From a virus: a DNA stretch of 25,976 bases. Position numbers and translations under genes: made by a program. The stretch is from UHGV virus genome UHGV-1612078; one strand, 5' to 3'. Numbering within the stretch: the stretch's first letter is position 1; every line of letters starts with the position of its first letter. Below, in pieces: positions 8,705 to 16,988 of this stretch. Under the pieces are notes generated by a model that saw only the letters and a program-made list of their open reading frames with translations, was not told the DNA's origin and did not search any database.

Positions 8705-9166
8705 ATGACTATCAATACAGAAGTTTTTATCCGTCGAAATAAGCTTCGTCGTCACTTTGAGTCGGAGTTTCGTCAAATTAACAATGAGATTCGTGAGGCA
8801 TCAAAAGCAGCAGGGGTCTCATCGTTTCATCTAAAATATTCTCAACATCTTCTTGATCGCGCAATTCAACGGGAGATTGATGAGACATATGTTTTTGAAT
8901 TATTCCATAAAATAAAAGACCATGTTTTAGAAGTTAATGAATTCCTGAGTATGCCTCCGCGTCCTGACATTGACGAGGATTTTATTGATGGGGTTGAATA
9001 TCGTCCTGGACGTTTAGAAATCACAGATGGAAATCTTTGGCTTGGATTTACAGTTTGTAAACCTAATGCGAAGTTCAAAGACCCGTCGCTTCAATGCAGG
9101 ATGGCAATTATTAACAGTCGTCGTTTACCAGGAAAGGCTTCTAAAGCAGTAATTAAAACTCAATGA
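8705..9166 (+). CDS. regB: RegB endoribonuclease (cleaves GGAG in early mRNAs)
   Basis: 153-aa protein beginning MTINTEVFIRRNKLRRHFESEFRQ, matching my recollection of T4 RegB. SD gaggag. Confidence 0.9.
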   Translation: MTINTEVFIRRNKLRRHFESEFRQINNEIREASKAAGVSSFHLKYSQHLLDRAIQREIDETYVFELFHKIKDHVLEVNEFLSMPPRPDIDEDFIDGVEYRPGRLEITDGNLWLGFTVCKPNAKFKDPSLQCRMAIINSRRLPGKASKAVIKTQ

Positions 9167-9173
9167 GGTAAGC

Positions 9174-9719
9174 ATGAGAAAAGCACTACTCGCTGGTCTA
9201 TTGGCCATTTCAATGATGGCACATAGCTCCGAGCATACTTTCAGTAATGTCCAACTCGATAACATGCGTTACGCGTATCAATTCGGGGAACAATTTTCTA
9301 AGGATGGAAAATATAAAACACACAAAAATATCCACAAGAGTGGATTAGGTCATATAATGGCAGCTATTTTATGGCAAGAAAGCTCTGGCGGAGTTAATTT
9401 AAAATCTAAACCAAAGCATCACGCCTACGGAATGTTCCAAAATTATTTGCCTACCATGCGAGCGAGAGTTAAGGAACTTGGTTATAATATGACCGATGCT
9501 GAAATAAAAAGAATGTTGAATAAACGATCCAATTCAGCTTCCTGGGCGTACATTGAACTTTCTTATTGGTTAAATATACATAAGGGCGATATAAGAAAAG
9601 CAATATCCTCTTATAATTCGGGATGGAATGTTAAAGCTGGTTCTAAATATGCTTCTGAAGTCCTAGAAAAGGCTAATTACCTTAAAAATAATAAACTTTT
9701 GGAAATAGTAAATGACTAA
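9174..9719 (+). CDS. secreted protein, vs.1-like, possibly lytic-transglycosylase-related
   Basis: N-terminal signal peptide MRKALLAGLLAISMMAHS. Motif LWQESSGG. Position after regB matches T4 vs.1. Confidence 0.55.
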   Translation: MRKALLAGLLAISMMAHSSEHTFSNVQLDNMRYAYQFGEQFSKDGKYKTHKNIHKSGLGHIMAAILWQESSGGVNLKSKPKHHAYGMFQNYLPTMRARVKELGYNMTDAEIKRMLNKRSNSASWAYIELSYWLNIHKGDIRKAISSYNSGWNVKAGSKYASEVLEKANYLKNNKLLEIVND

Positions 9720-10059
9720 AATTTTGGTTTTATGTATAGGATTAATTTCATTTTCTGCTTCTGCGTCAGCAGATACATCATATACTGAAATTAGAGAATA
9801 TGTAAACCGCACTGCGGCAGATTATTGTGGGAAAAATAAAGCATGCCAAGCTGAATTTGCACAGAAATTAATATATGCATATAAAGACGGAGAAAGAGAT
9901 AAATCAAGCAGATACAAAAACGATACATTGTTAAAACGATATGCTAAAAAGTGGAATACCTTAGAATGCTCAGTTGCGGAGGAGAAAGATAAAGCCGCTT
10001 GTCATTCAATGGTTGACCGTTTGGTAGATTCTTATAATCGAGGATTGAGTACTAGATGA
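9712..10059 (+). CDS. Vs-like protein (valyl-tRNA synthetase modifier position), signal-peptide bearing
   Basis: 115 aa with hydrophobic N-terminus. Assigned by synteny (regB, vs.1, vs, tk.x, tk). Sequence identity to T4 Vs was not verified. Confidence 0.45.
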   Translation: MTKILVLCIGLISFSASASADTSYTEIREYVNRTAADYCGKNKACQAEFAQKLIYAYKDGERDKSSRYKNDTLLKRYAKKWNTLECSVAEEKDKAACHSMVDRLVDSYNRGLSTR

Positions 10060-10523
10060 TTGTAAAATATATCAAGGGCGATGTTGTCGCCCTTTTCGCT
10101 GAAGGTAAAAATATTGCACATGGATGTAATTGTTTTCACACGATGAAAGCTGGAGTCGCAGGTCAATTAACTAAAGCTTTCCCTAAAATTCTAGAAGCTG
10201 ATAAATTACAGACTGAATGGGGTGATGTAACTAAACTTGGTTCTTACTCAGTTTATGAAAAATACTTTAGGACTCATAAAGCTTACTGCTTTAATCTTTA
10301 TACTCAATTTCAACCAGGGCCAAATTTTGAGTATTCCGCTTTAATGAATTGTATGTTAGAATTAAATGAGTTTGGTGAAAATAAACTAATTAAACCTACA
10401 ATCTATATGCCTAGGATTGGTGCAGGCATAGGTAAAGGGAACTGGGATATTATTGAGGGGATTTTAGATACGTATTCCTCTAAATTAGAAATTGTGATTG
10501 TTGATTGGGAACCGTTATTATGA
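10056..10523 (+). CDS. macrodomain-like (ADP-ribose binding/processing) protein
   Basis: IKGDVV...IAHGCNCFHTMKAGVAGQL parallels macro motif GDIT...VNAANxxLxGGGGVxGAI. IYMPRIGAGIGKGNW parallels the second macro motif (FPAISTGIYGYP). Confidence 0.5.
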   Translation: MIVKYIKGDVVALFAEGKNIAHGCNCFHTMKAGVAGQLTKAFPKILEADKLQTEWGDVTKLGSYSVYEKYFRTHKAYCFNLYTQFQPGPNFEYSALMNCMLELNEFGENKLIKPTIYMPRIGAGIGKGNWDIIEGILDTYSSKLEIVIVDWEPLL

Positions 10524-10732
10524 ATATACATTATCCACATCCATATGACCCAAAGAATAAGGCAGTAATTATTCGTCAATGGGAACGCATTTGTCGTACT
10601 AAATGCCCAATTAATAGTCCACATGATGTAGATAAAGACTACATTGGAACATTCGTTGAATATACCTTTATTGATAAGAAAGGTCGTAAACAGCATGTAG
10701 AAGAATACTGCTTAAAGGTGACATGGTTATGA
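10520..10732 (+). CDS. hypothetical protein (70 aa)
   Basis: ATGA start/stop overlap with the upstream gene. Confidence 0.45.
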   Translation: MNIHYPHPYDPKNKAVIIRQWERICRTKCPINSPHDVDKDYIGTFVEYTFIDKKGRKQHVEEYCLKVTWL

Positions 10733-10935
10733 GCCAAACTAGTATTCTTAAAAATGCCCACTGCGAAAAGTGTAAATGGCCGGTTGTTTTTGCTTTATGC
10801 AACGATGAAATGGTTTGTGATTTCGATTATTGGTGCTATTGTTCTAATAAAGGATGCATCAATCATAAAGGTGAAGGATTTTATTCGGGATTTTATCCTT
10901 ATCCAGATTTCGTTAAAGAAGGTAAACCGAAATGA
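10729..10935 (+). CDS. Cys-rich small protein (probable Zn-binding)
   Basis: CEKC...CNDEMVCDFDYWCYCSNKGC cysteine pattern. ATGA overlap. Confidence 0.45.
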   Translation: MSQTSILKNAHCEKCKWPVVFALCNDEMVCDFDYWCYCSNKGCINHKGEGFYSGFYPYPDFVKEGKPK

Positions 10936-11105
10936 ATAGTTCTGAGTTACAATATGAAGTGTTACGTGAACTTGATAATTTAATTGAACTCGCTGTTAAT
11001 AAAGGTTTTGCCATTGGAATTGGTCAAAAAGATACTGATCATTTAACTGTGGAAATATTTAAGCAAAAGCGAATTATTTTAAAACTTCTGGAAATTAATA
11101 TATGA
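10932..11105 (+). CDS. hypothetical small protein (57 aa)
   Basis: ATGA-coupled ORF found by manual translation (MNSSELQYEVLRELDNLIELAVNKG...). Below the track length cutoff. Confidence 0.4.
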   Translation: MNSSELQYEVLRELDNLIELAVNKGFAIGIGQKDTDHLTVEIFKQKRIILKLLEINI

Positions 11106-11287
11106 GCCTAAGCAAAGAACAAAAAGACAAACTCTTTTCTCTTATCCACGAAGTTATGGATAAAAATAGTGAATTGGAAAAAGTTTGTAATGAATGCGGT
11201 CCTTTTAGTGCAAACGAGTACGAAGAACTTTCTAAAGAATTCGATAATAAAGAACAAGAACTTATTAATTATATAAATTCCTTATGA
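11102..11287 (+). CDS. small helical protein, paralog family A
   Basis: MSLSKEQKDKLFSLIHEV... paralogous to the next gene. Confidence 0.5.
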   Translation: MSLSKEQKDKLFSLIHEVMDKNSELEKVCNECGPFSANEYEELSKEFDNKEQELINYINSL

Positions 11288-11472
11288 TTACTCGCGAACA
11301 AAAGAACGAAATATTATTTTTAGTTGGTGAAATTATTAGTTTAGAAAAGGATTTGTCTTTTGAAATATCTTCTGAATATGGAGATGCCGAAACATATTAC
11401 GAATTAGTAAAATCTATCGATAAAGCTGAAAATGATTTAGAAACATATTTAGAAAATTTAACTAAGGACTAA
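11284..11472 (+). CDS. small helical protein, paralog family A
   Basis: MITREQKNEILFLVGEI... shares the EQK..LF.L..E pattern with the preceding ORF. Confidence 0.5.
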   Translation: MITREQKNEILFLVGEIISLEKDLSFEISSEYGDAETYYELVKSIDKAENDLETYLENLTKD

Positions 11473-11473
11473 A

Positions 11474-12055
11474 ATGGCGAGTTTAATTTTTACTTATGCA
11501 GCAATGAATGCTGGAAAATCTGCTTCTCTTTTGACTGCTGCACATAATTATAAAGAACGCGGAATGAGTGTATTAGTTCTTAAGCCTGCTATTGATACTC
11601 GTGATTCTGTCTGTGAAGTCGTTTCTCGCATTGGAATTAAGCAGGAAGCGAATATTATTACGGATGATATGGATATTTTCGAGTTCTATAAATGGGCTGA
11701 AGCACAAAAAGATATTCATTGCGTATTTGTAGATGAAGCTCAGTTTTTAAAAACTGAACAGGTGCATCAATTAAGCCGAATTGTTGATACATATAATGTT
11801 CCTGTTATGGCTTATGGGCTAAGGACTGATTTCGCTGGAAAATTATTTGAAGGTTCTAAAGAACTTTTAGCGATTGCAGATAAACTTATTGAACTAAAGG
11901 CAGTTTGTCATTGCGGCAAAAAAGCGATTATGACAGCTCGATTAATGGAAGATGGAACACCAGTTAAAGAAGGTAATCAAATCTGTATTGGTGATGAAAT
12001 TTATGTTTCTTTGTGTAGAAAACATTGGAATGAATTAACTAAAAAGCTCGGTTAG
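11474..12055 (+). CDS. tk: thymidine kinase
   Basis: 193 aa. P-loop AMNAGKSASLL, Walker B VFVDEAQF, C-terminal Zn motif CHCGKK...C. Matches my recollection of T4 Tk. Confidence 0.9.
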   Translation: MASLIFTYAAMNAGKSASLLTAAHNYKERGMSVLVLKPAIDTRDSVCEVVSRIGIKQEANIITDDMDIFEFYKWAEAQKDIHCVFVDEAQFLKTEQVHQLSRIVDTYNVPVMAYGLRTDFAGKLFEGSKELLAIADKLIELKAVCHCGKKAIMTARLMEDGTPVKEGNQICIGDEIYVSLCRKHWNELTKKLG

Positions 12056-12064
12056 TGCAAAAGT

Positions 12065-12072
12065 TATAAATA
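12065..12072 (+). promoter_or_regulatory. possible T4 late promoter (TATAAATA)
   Basis: Exact TATAAATA octamer upstream of the rI.1-like/rI genes. Confidence 0.35.
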
Positions 12073-12097
12073 GGTTTATCTAACTAAAGGGGTATAT

Positions 12098-12310
12098 ATG
12101 CTACAATTAACTGAAAAGCAACTTCGCAATCTTACTGTGCTTCAATTAGATGAAATTCGTAGGGAAGTTGGAAATATCATTTCAGCTTTGCGTCGAGAAG
12201 TATCACTCAACCAATCTCCGGCAGACTATACTAGATTGCGAAATTTTGAAAAATACCTTGATAAAGTTAAGGCCGTGCATCGGCATAAAGTAAATACAGG
12301 ACAAAAATGA
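12098..12310 (+). CDS. hypothetical protein (rI.1 position)
   Basis: SD aagggg then ATG. Lies between tk and rI. Confidence 0.5.
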
Positions 12311-12322
12311 TAGGAGGCCTTT

Positions 12323-12616
12323 ATGGCCTTAAAAGCAACGGCACTATTTGCCATGCTAGGATTAGCGTTTGCTTTATCTCCACCAATTGAAGCGAATGTC
12401 GATCCTCATTTTGATAAATTTATGGAATCTGGTATTAGACACGTTTATATGCTTTTTGAAAACAAAAGCGTAGAATCATCTGAACAGTTCTATAGTTTTA
12501 TGCGAACGACTTATAAAAATGACCCATGCTCTTCCGATTTTGAATGTATAGAGCGAGGCGCGGAGATGGCACAATCATACGCTAGAATTATGAACATTAA
12601 ATTGGAGACTGAATGA
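12323..12616 (+). CDS. rI: lysis inhibition regulator RI
   Basis: 97 aa, MALKATALFAMLGLAFALSPPIEANVDPHFDKF..., signal-anchor N-terminus. Matches my recollection of T4 RI. Confidence 0.9.
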   Translation: MALKATALFAMLGLAFALSPPIEANVDPHFDKFMESGIRHVYMLFENKSVESSEQFYSFMRTTYKNDPCSSDFECIERGAEMAQSYARIMNIKLETE

Positions 12617-12999
12617 AATTCAGCGACTTTTCACAAAGTGGAAAACCTTCAAAGGCAGATGAATACTTAGGTTTATTAATGGCTGCACAAGCTTATTTTC
12701 ATTCTGCGCATTTTGAAACTAAAAGTTATGCTAGACACAAAGCATACGATTTTATTTTCTCTGAGTTGCCAGATTTGATTGATAAATTTGGTGAGCAATA
12801 TTTGGGGTATTCTGGTAGAAAATACACGCCTTCTATTCCAGATGCCAGTAAACTTCCTACCGACACAATTAAAATGATTGATCGCATACTAGACCAATCT
12901 AACAGCATTTATAAAGAAATGCCTCCAGCCATTCAAAGCACGATAGATGATATTACTGGGATGTTTTACCAGAGTAAGTATCTTCTTTCCCTCGAATAA
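12613..12999 (+). CDS. rI.-1-like protein
   Basis: ATGA-coupled to rI. Position as in T4. Confidence 0.7.
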   Translation: MKFSDFSQSGKPSKADEYLGLLMAAQAYFHSAHFETKSYARHKAYDFIFSELPDLIDKFGEQYLGYSGRKYTPSIPDASKLPTDTIKMIDRILDQSNSIYKEMPPAIQSTIDDITGMFYQSKYLLSLE

Positions 13000-13003
13000 C
13001 ATT

Positions 13004-13027
13004 AGTCTCCTTCGGGAGACTTTTTTC
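13004..13027 (+). terminator. rho-independent terminator
   Basis: agtctcc-TTCG-ggagact hairpin followed by TTTTTT. Confidence 0.7.
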
Positions 13028-13037
13028 ATTTTACCAG

Positions 13038-13066
13038 TTTACTTTCCGTTTGAGCTGTGATACTAT
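13038..13066 (+). promoter_or_regulatory. T4-type early promoter
   Basis: GTTTAC at 13038-13043, 17-bp spacer, TGa-TACTAT. Strong SD aagaggag downstream. Confidence 0.55.
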
Positions 13067-13094
13067 ACAACCATCGGATAAAGAGGAGAACATC

Positions 13095-13283
13095 ATGAAA
13101 ATTGAAGCACTCAATCAAGAAGGAAATATCTACGTCATCATTAATGGTGATTTTTTCGTCGACATGGATGAAGTTACTAGTGAAGAACTTGTAGAACTTC
13201 TTAAGAAACGTTATGATATGTGTGATGAAGCTGCAACTCATATGGCGTGTGCAATATTCTCTCTTTCATATGTGGTGGAATAA
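13095..13283 (+). CDS. hypothetical small acidic protein (62 aa)
   Basis: ATG 13095 after SD gaggag. The track ORF start at 13050 is translated leader. Confidence 0.55.
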   Translation: MKIEALNQEGNIYVIINGDFFVDMDEVTSEELVELLKKRYDMCDEAATHMACAIFSLSYVVE

Positions 13284-13486
13284 TGACTAGCATTGAACAA
13301 GCAGATAAAATTAAAGAATTGGTAGCTTTAATTCGCAAAGCAGATGAGGAACTTAGTGACTTTGCTTGGTTTTCGTCAGGCATTGCAAATAAAGGCATTG
13401 ATGAACTTGAAGCTAAAGTTGATAATGCTTTAGAAGCGTTAGATATGTTTCTTGATGAAATTATCGATCATAATACGAGAGTTTAA
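13283..13486 (+). CDS. small helical protein, paralog family A-like
   Basis: taATG coupling. [27 protein letters not shown]... Confidence 0.5.
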   Translation: MTSIEQADKIKELVALIRKADEELSDFAWFSSGIANKGIDELEAKVDNALEALDMFLDEIIDHNTRV

Positions 13487-13488
13487 TT

Positions 13489-13683
13489 ATGCTAACACGC
13501 GAACAGTTTGAAAAAATCATTAAATTAGCGCATGATATTGAAATAGATTCATACCAATTAGCAGTTGAGCATTGTGAAGGATATTCATACGACGGTATAG
13601 AAGCAGCTAAAAAGGATTTGGATAAATCTAAAGCTAAATTAGTTCAATATCTTGAAATGATTAGGTGGAATAATGAAAACTGA
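13489..13683 (+). CDS. small helical protein, paralog family A-like
   Basis: MLTREQFEKIIKLAHDIEI... similar to the 11284 ORF. Confidence 0.5.
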   Translation: MLTREQFEKIIKLAHDIEIDSYQLAVEHCEGYSYDGIEAAKKDLDKSKAKLVQYLEMIRWNNEN

Positions 13684-13846
13684 AAAGCAGATGTTTTTAA
13701 TGAAGCTAATTGAAGAATATGCTAATGCAGTTTCTGACTATGAGTATTCTGCTCGGGAAAGAGGTACAGCTTTCGCTAAAGAAGAAATGAAAATCATGGT
13801 TGATGCTCATACAAAGCTTCAGAATTTTATCGAAAACGTCATTTAA
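13673..13846 (+). CDS. hypothetical small protein (57 aa)
   Basis: Manual translation MKTEKQMFLMKLIEEYANAV..., overlaps the upstream gene end. Below the track cutoff. Confidence 0.35.
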   Translation: MKTEKQMFLMKLIEEYANAVSDYEYSARERGTAFAKEEMKIMVDAHTKLQNFIENVI

Positions 13847-13848
13847 TG

Positions 13849-13878
13849 GTTTACAAGTTGGCAAGGTTATGGTATAGT
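13849..13878 (+). promoter_or_regulatory. T4-type early promoter
   Basis: GTTTAC at 13849-13854, 18-bp spacer, TGg-TATAGT. SD aaggagaag downstream. Confidence 0.5.
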
Positions 13879-14059
13879 AATCTTGTCAACTGCCAAGGAG
13901 AAGAGAATGAAAGTTTTGTTTGTTGTGTATGTGATGATTCAATATAATTACCCAATGTTTACTTATAATCTGGTGAACAACATTATTGATATTATTCAAA
14001 GGAGTATGTAATGACAAGTGAGCAGGCTTTTAAATTACGAGAATTAATTGAAACTTTAA

Positions 14060-14338
14060 TTGGTGAATAATGTGAGCTTTCCGAAATTAGAAGTAGGTGA
14101 TTTAGTCTTAACAAAATTGTGGAATGATGCTCAATCAGTAGAAATCTGCCAATATCGTGGAGCAACAGGTAATTTGATGTACACGATTTATAATCCAGAA
14201 ATTTTGTTAGAGTGTCATTTGGAACGCTTTATAAAAGACACTGATAGTATGCCTTATAGTGTATCGATTGTGCGTAAATCTGATACAAAGGAATATTCTA
14301 AAATTTTAGAACAAATTCATGCCAATAAAAAGGATTAA
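14060..14338 (+). CDS. hypothetical protein; start codon uncertain (TTG/GTG)
   Basis: Open frame with no clean ATG plus SD at the 5' end. Confidence 0.4.
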   Translation: MVNNVSFPKLEVGDLVLTKLWNDAQSVEICQYRGATGNLMYTIYNPEILLECHLERFIKDTDSMPYSVSIVRKSDTKEYSKILEQIHANKKD

Positions 14339-14339
14339 T

Positions 14340-14873
14340 ATGAAACGATTAGTATTAGAAGTTAGTTCACTTTTTGGTGAATTGGCTATAGAAAAAGTAA
14401 ATAATATGTATCGTTTGACACAAGAAGACGATATGCTATATTTTACGCCTAATGAAATTATTCATTTAACACAAATTGAAAATTCTTATACTGATAAAAT
14501 TGTAAGCATTAATGATGAGCATAAAATTCATTTTTATTCTTTATGTCCAGGATTTAATATTGAAAGCGAGTCAATATGCTTATCAATTAATAATTGGGAT
14601 AATTTTATAACTAAGATTAAATATTTTTATTATTCTAATGAAAGAAAACATAGTTTAAAATGGTTTAAAAAATGTAATGCTATTATTACTAACTCCTGTA
14701 ATCATAATGATGAAACTATTTTAAATGTGTCAAAATGCTATGAAGAGGGAGATGTAGTATCTATTCGTCAAATTGACGATTTTCGATCACATATCATTAC
14801 ATTAAACAAAGACGAAGCTATTGCACTAAAAACTTATCTTGATTCTGTTATTCCAACTATGATTTCAAAGTGA
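14340..14873 (+). CDS. hypothetical protein, paralog pair B (1 of 2)
   Basis: SD aagga then ATG 14340. C-terminal ...IRQIDDFRSHIITLNKDEAIALKTYLDSVIPTM shared with the next gene. Confidence 0.6.
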   Translation: MKRLVLEVSSLFGELAIEKVNNMYRLTQEDDMLYFTPNEIIHLTQIENSYTDKIVSINDEHKIHFYSLCPGFNIESESICLSINNWDNFITKIKYFYYSNERKHSLKWFKKCNAIITNSCNHNDETILNVSKCYEEGDVVSIRQIDDFRSHIITLNKDEAIALKTYLDSVIPTMISK

Positions 14874-14879
14874 GGAAAT

Positions 14880-15401
14880 ATGTTTATTTCAAGTGGAAGC
14901 GGTTTAATTCGTGTTGAATTTAAAAATGACATCTTTCTTAGTCAAGGAGATGATATTATTAAAATGAGTTATGACGAAATCAAGAAAATTTGTCATGCTC
15001 TTGAAAGCCGTGGAAAAGTAAATGCTGTTATTGACATTGGTGATTTATGGGTAACACTTTATGAAGTATCCGAAGGATTTAACATTGAAGATGAAAATAA
15101 CATTTTAGCTATTGATAAAAGAACTGATTTGCTTGATGTATTAAAAGCCTATGAGCAGTCAAATGGCGGAAGAAAAGCTGTATTGATTTATCAAAAACCG
15201 CATTCATGTGGAACTGCTTCAATCATTTCAAATATTGAAGGTGAAACTGATACTTATATGTGTGTTTTAAAAGCTGGTGGTGACCGTCATCCGGATTTTA
15301 TTTCTATTCGTCAAAACAATGGAGAAATTTCATTATCAAAATCAGAAGCTGAAGCTATGATTAAGTATTTAACAACTGTTACACCTTCAATGAAAGGATA
15401 A
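14880..15401 (+). CDS. hypothetical protein, paralog pair B (2 of 2)
   Basis: SD gagg. C-terminal ...IRQNNGEISLSKSEAEAMIKYLTTVTPSM. Confidence 0.6.
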   Translation: MFISSGSGLIRVEFKNDIFLSQGDDIIKMSYDEIKKICHALESRGKVNAVIDIGDLWVTLYEVSEGFNIEDENNILAIDKRTDLLDVLKAYEQSNGGRKAVLIYQKPHSCGTASIISNIEGETDTYMCVLKAGGDRHPDFISIRQNNGEISLSKSEAEAMIKYLTTVTPSMKG

Positions 15402-15403
15402 TT

Positions 15404-15865
15404 ATGATTATTAATGAAAACTCTTGGCACTATAAATTATTCAAACTGTTTAACGATGAATGGCAACGACCTAAGACACTATGCGCATATTTTTGGTCTA
15501 TTGCCATTCCTACATTTTTCGTTTCTATTTTTGGGTGTGCTATACTCGTAGGGCTAACAATTATTTGTGCAGAAAGCCTACAACGTTGGCTTATTTTCGG
15601 TAGTTTATGGACTCTTCTTCCATCAGCATTTATACTTGCGCTTTTGGTTGTTTTACTTATTATCGGTTCATTTGTTATTCCTGCACATTTGCATGAAAAA
15701 TATAAAGATTATAAATGGAAAAAGGATTATGCTTTACACGTAGAAAATATTGATAGGGCGTATAAAGGTTTACCTCCTATTCAACCCAAGAAATCGATTA
15801 TCGTTGAATTTTTAAAAGCTCGTAAAGCTAAAGTATGTCCTGTTATTGAATATAAGGCTGAATGA
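15404..15865 (+). CDS. membrane protein (2 predicted TM segments)
   Basis: Hydrophobic stretches FWSIAIPTFFVSIFGCAILVGLTIICA and LWTLLPSAFILALLVVLLIIGSFVI. Confidence 0.6.
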   Translation: MIINENSWHYKLFKLFNDEWQRPKTLCAYFWSIAIPTFFVSIFGCAILVGLTIICAESLQRWLIFGSLWTLLPSAFILALLVVLLIIGSFVIPAHLHEKYKDYKWKKDYALHVENIDRAYKGLPPIQPKKSIIVEFLKARKAKVCPVIEYKAE

Positions 15866-16875
15866 TGAAAACAGTAATGAAAAGCTATTTTGGTAGTCAT
15901 CTTTATGGAACTTCTACCCCAGAATCTGATGTAGATTTTAAAGAAATCTTTGTTCCTTCTGCTCGCGATATTCTTATCGGAAATGTTAAAGAGCATATGA
16001 GTAAAAACACTAACAACACATCATCTAAAAACACTAAAGATGATATTGACCATGAACTATACAGTCTTAAATATTTCTTTAAATTAGCAGCAGATGGTGA
16101 AACTGTAGCATTAGATATGCTTCACACTCCACCTGAACTAGTGGTTAAATCTGATTTGCCTGATGTGTGGAAGTTTATTCAAGACAACCGTTCTCGTTTT
16201 TATACGACTAACATGAAATCATATTTAGGATATGTCCGTAAGCAAGCTTCTAAATACGGTGTCAAGGGTTCTCGTTTGGCTGCATTACGTGATGTATTGA
16301 AAGTAGTTAATCAAATCCCTGAGCAATGGGTTGATTACCAAGAAGATGGTTCTATTAAGCAGCGTCGCACTAAAGTTGAAGATATTAAGCATCGTCTTCC
16401 AGAAAACGAATTCTGTGAATGGGTGTTCCATAATCATGAGAAAACAGGCCCACAAACGTTCTACACTGTGTTGGGTCGTAAATATCAGACAACGCTTTCT
16501 CTTATTGAGCTTAAGCAGTCACTGAACAAATTAGATGCTGAATATGGTGAACGTGCTCGTAAGGCTGAAGCCAATGAAGGTATTGACTGGAAAGCTCTGA
16601 GCCATGCTTGTCGTGGTGGACTTCAACTATTGGAAATTTACAAAACTGGCGACTTGATTTATCCACTCCAAGATGCTCCATTTATTCTCGACGTGAAGTT
16701 GGGTAAACATCCATTTAAAACAGTCCAAGAGTTTTTGGAAGATGTGGTCGATCAAGTAGAAGCAGCATCTACTGAAGCTTCTAAGAACGGTATGCAACAA
16801 AAAGTAGACATGAGTTTCTGGGATGACTTCCTTGAGAAGGTCTATCTTGAAAACCATCGAAGTTATTATAAATGA
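15862..16875 (+). CDS. Pol-beta-superfamily nucleotidyltransferase (predicted)
   Basis: N-terminal motif YFGSHLYGTSTPESDVDF fits hG[GS]x3Gx5SDhD. ATGA coupling to the upstream membrane-protein gene. Strong terminator immediately downstream. Confidence 0.65.
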   Translation: MMKTVMKSYFGSHLYGTSTPESDVDFKEIFVPSARDILIGNVKEHMSKNTNNTSSKNTKDDIDHELYSLKYFFKLAADGETVALDMLHTPPELVVKSDLPDVWKFIQDNRSRFYTTNMKSYLGYVRKQASKYGVKGSRLAALRDVLKVVNQIPEQWVDYQEDGSIKQRRTKVEDIKHRLPENEFCEWVFHNHEKTGPQTFYTVLGRKYQTTLSLIELKQSLNKLDAEYGERARKAEANEGIDWKALSHACRGGLQLLEIYKTGDLIYPLQDAPFILDVKLGKHPFKTVQEFLEDVVDQVEAASTEASKNGMQQKVDMSFWDDFLEKVYLENHRSYYK

Positions 16876-16877
16876 TA

Positions 16878-16901
16878 GGGAGCCTTCGGGCTCCCTTTTT
16901 A
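16878..16901 (+). terminator. rho-independent terminator
   Basis: gggagcc-TTCG-ggctccc followed by TTTTT. Confidence 0.7.
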
Positions 16902-16924
16902 TTTCAAAAATTTTTCACAAAGTT

Positions 16925-16954
16925 GTTTACAAGCATAAAGCTTTATGGTACTAT
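16925..16954 (+). promoter_or_regulatory. T4-type early promoter
   Basis: GTTTAC at 16925-16930, 18-bp spacer, TGg-TACTAT. Leader ggtactatacaactatcaact as at 2118 and 19082. Confidence 0.55.
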
Positions 16955-16988
16955 ACAACTATCAACTGATACGGATTTGGAGAATAAA

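Noticed and set aside
13426-13450. Possible MotA-box middle promoter (aATGCTTtA) inside the 13283..13486 gene
   Set aside because: Single 9-mer match without a convincing -10 at the right spacing. Could be chance in AT-rich DNA.
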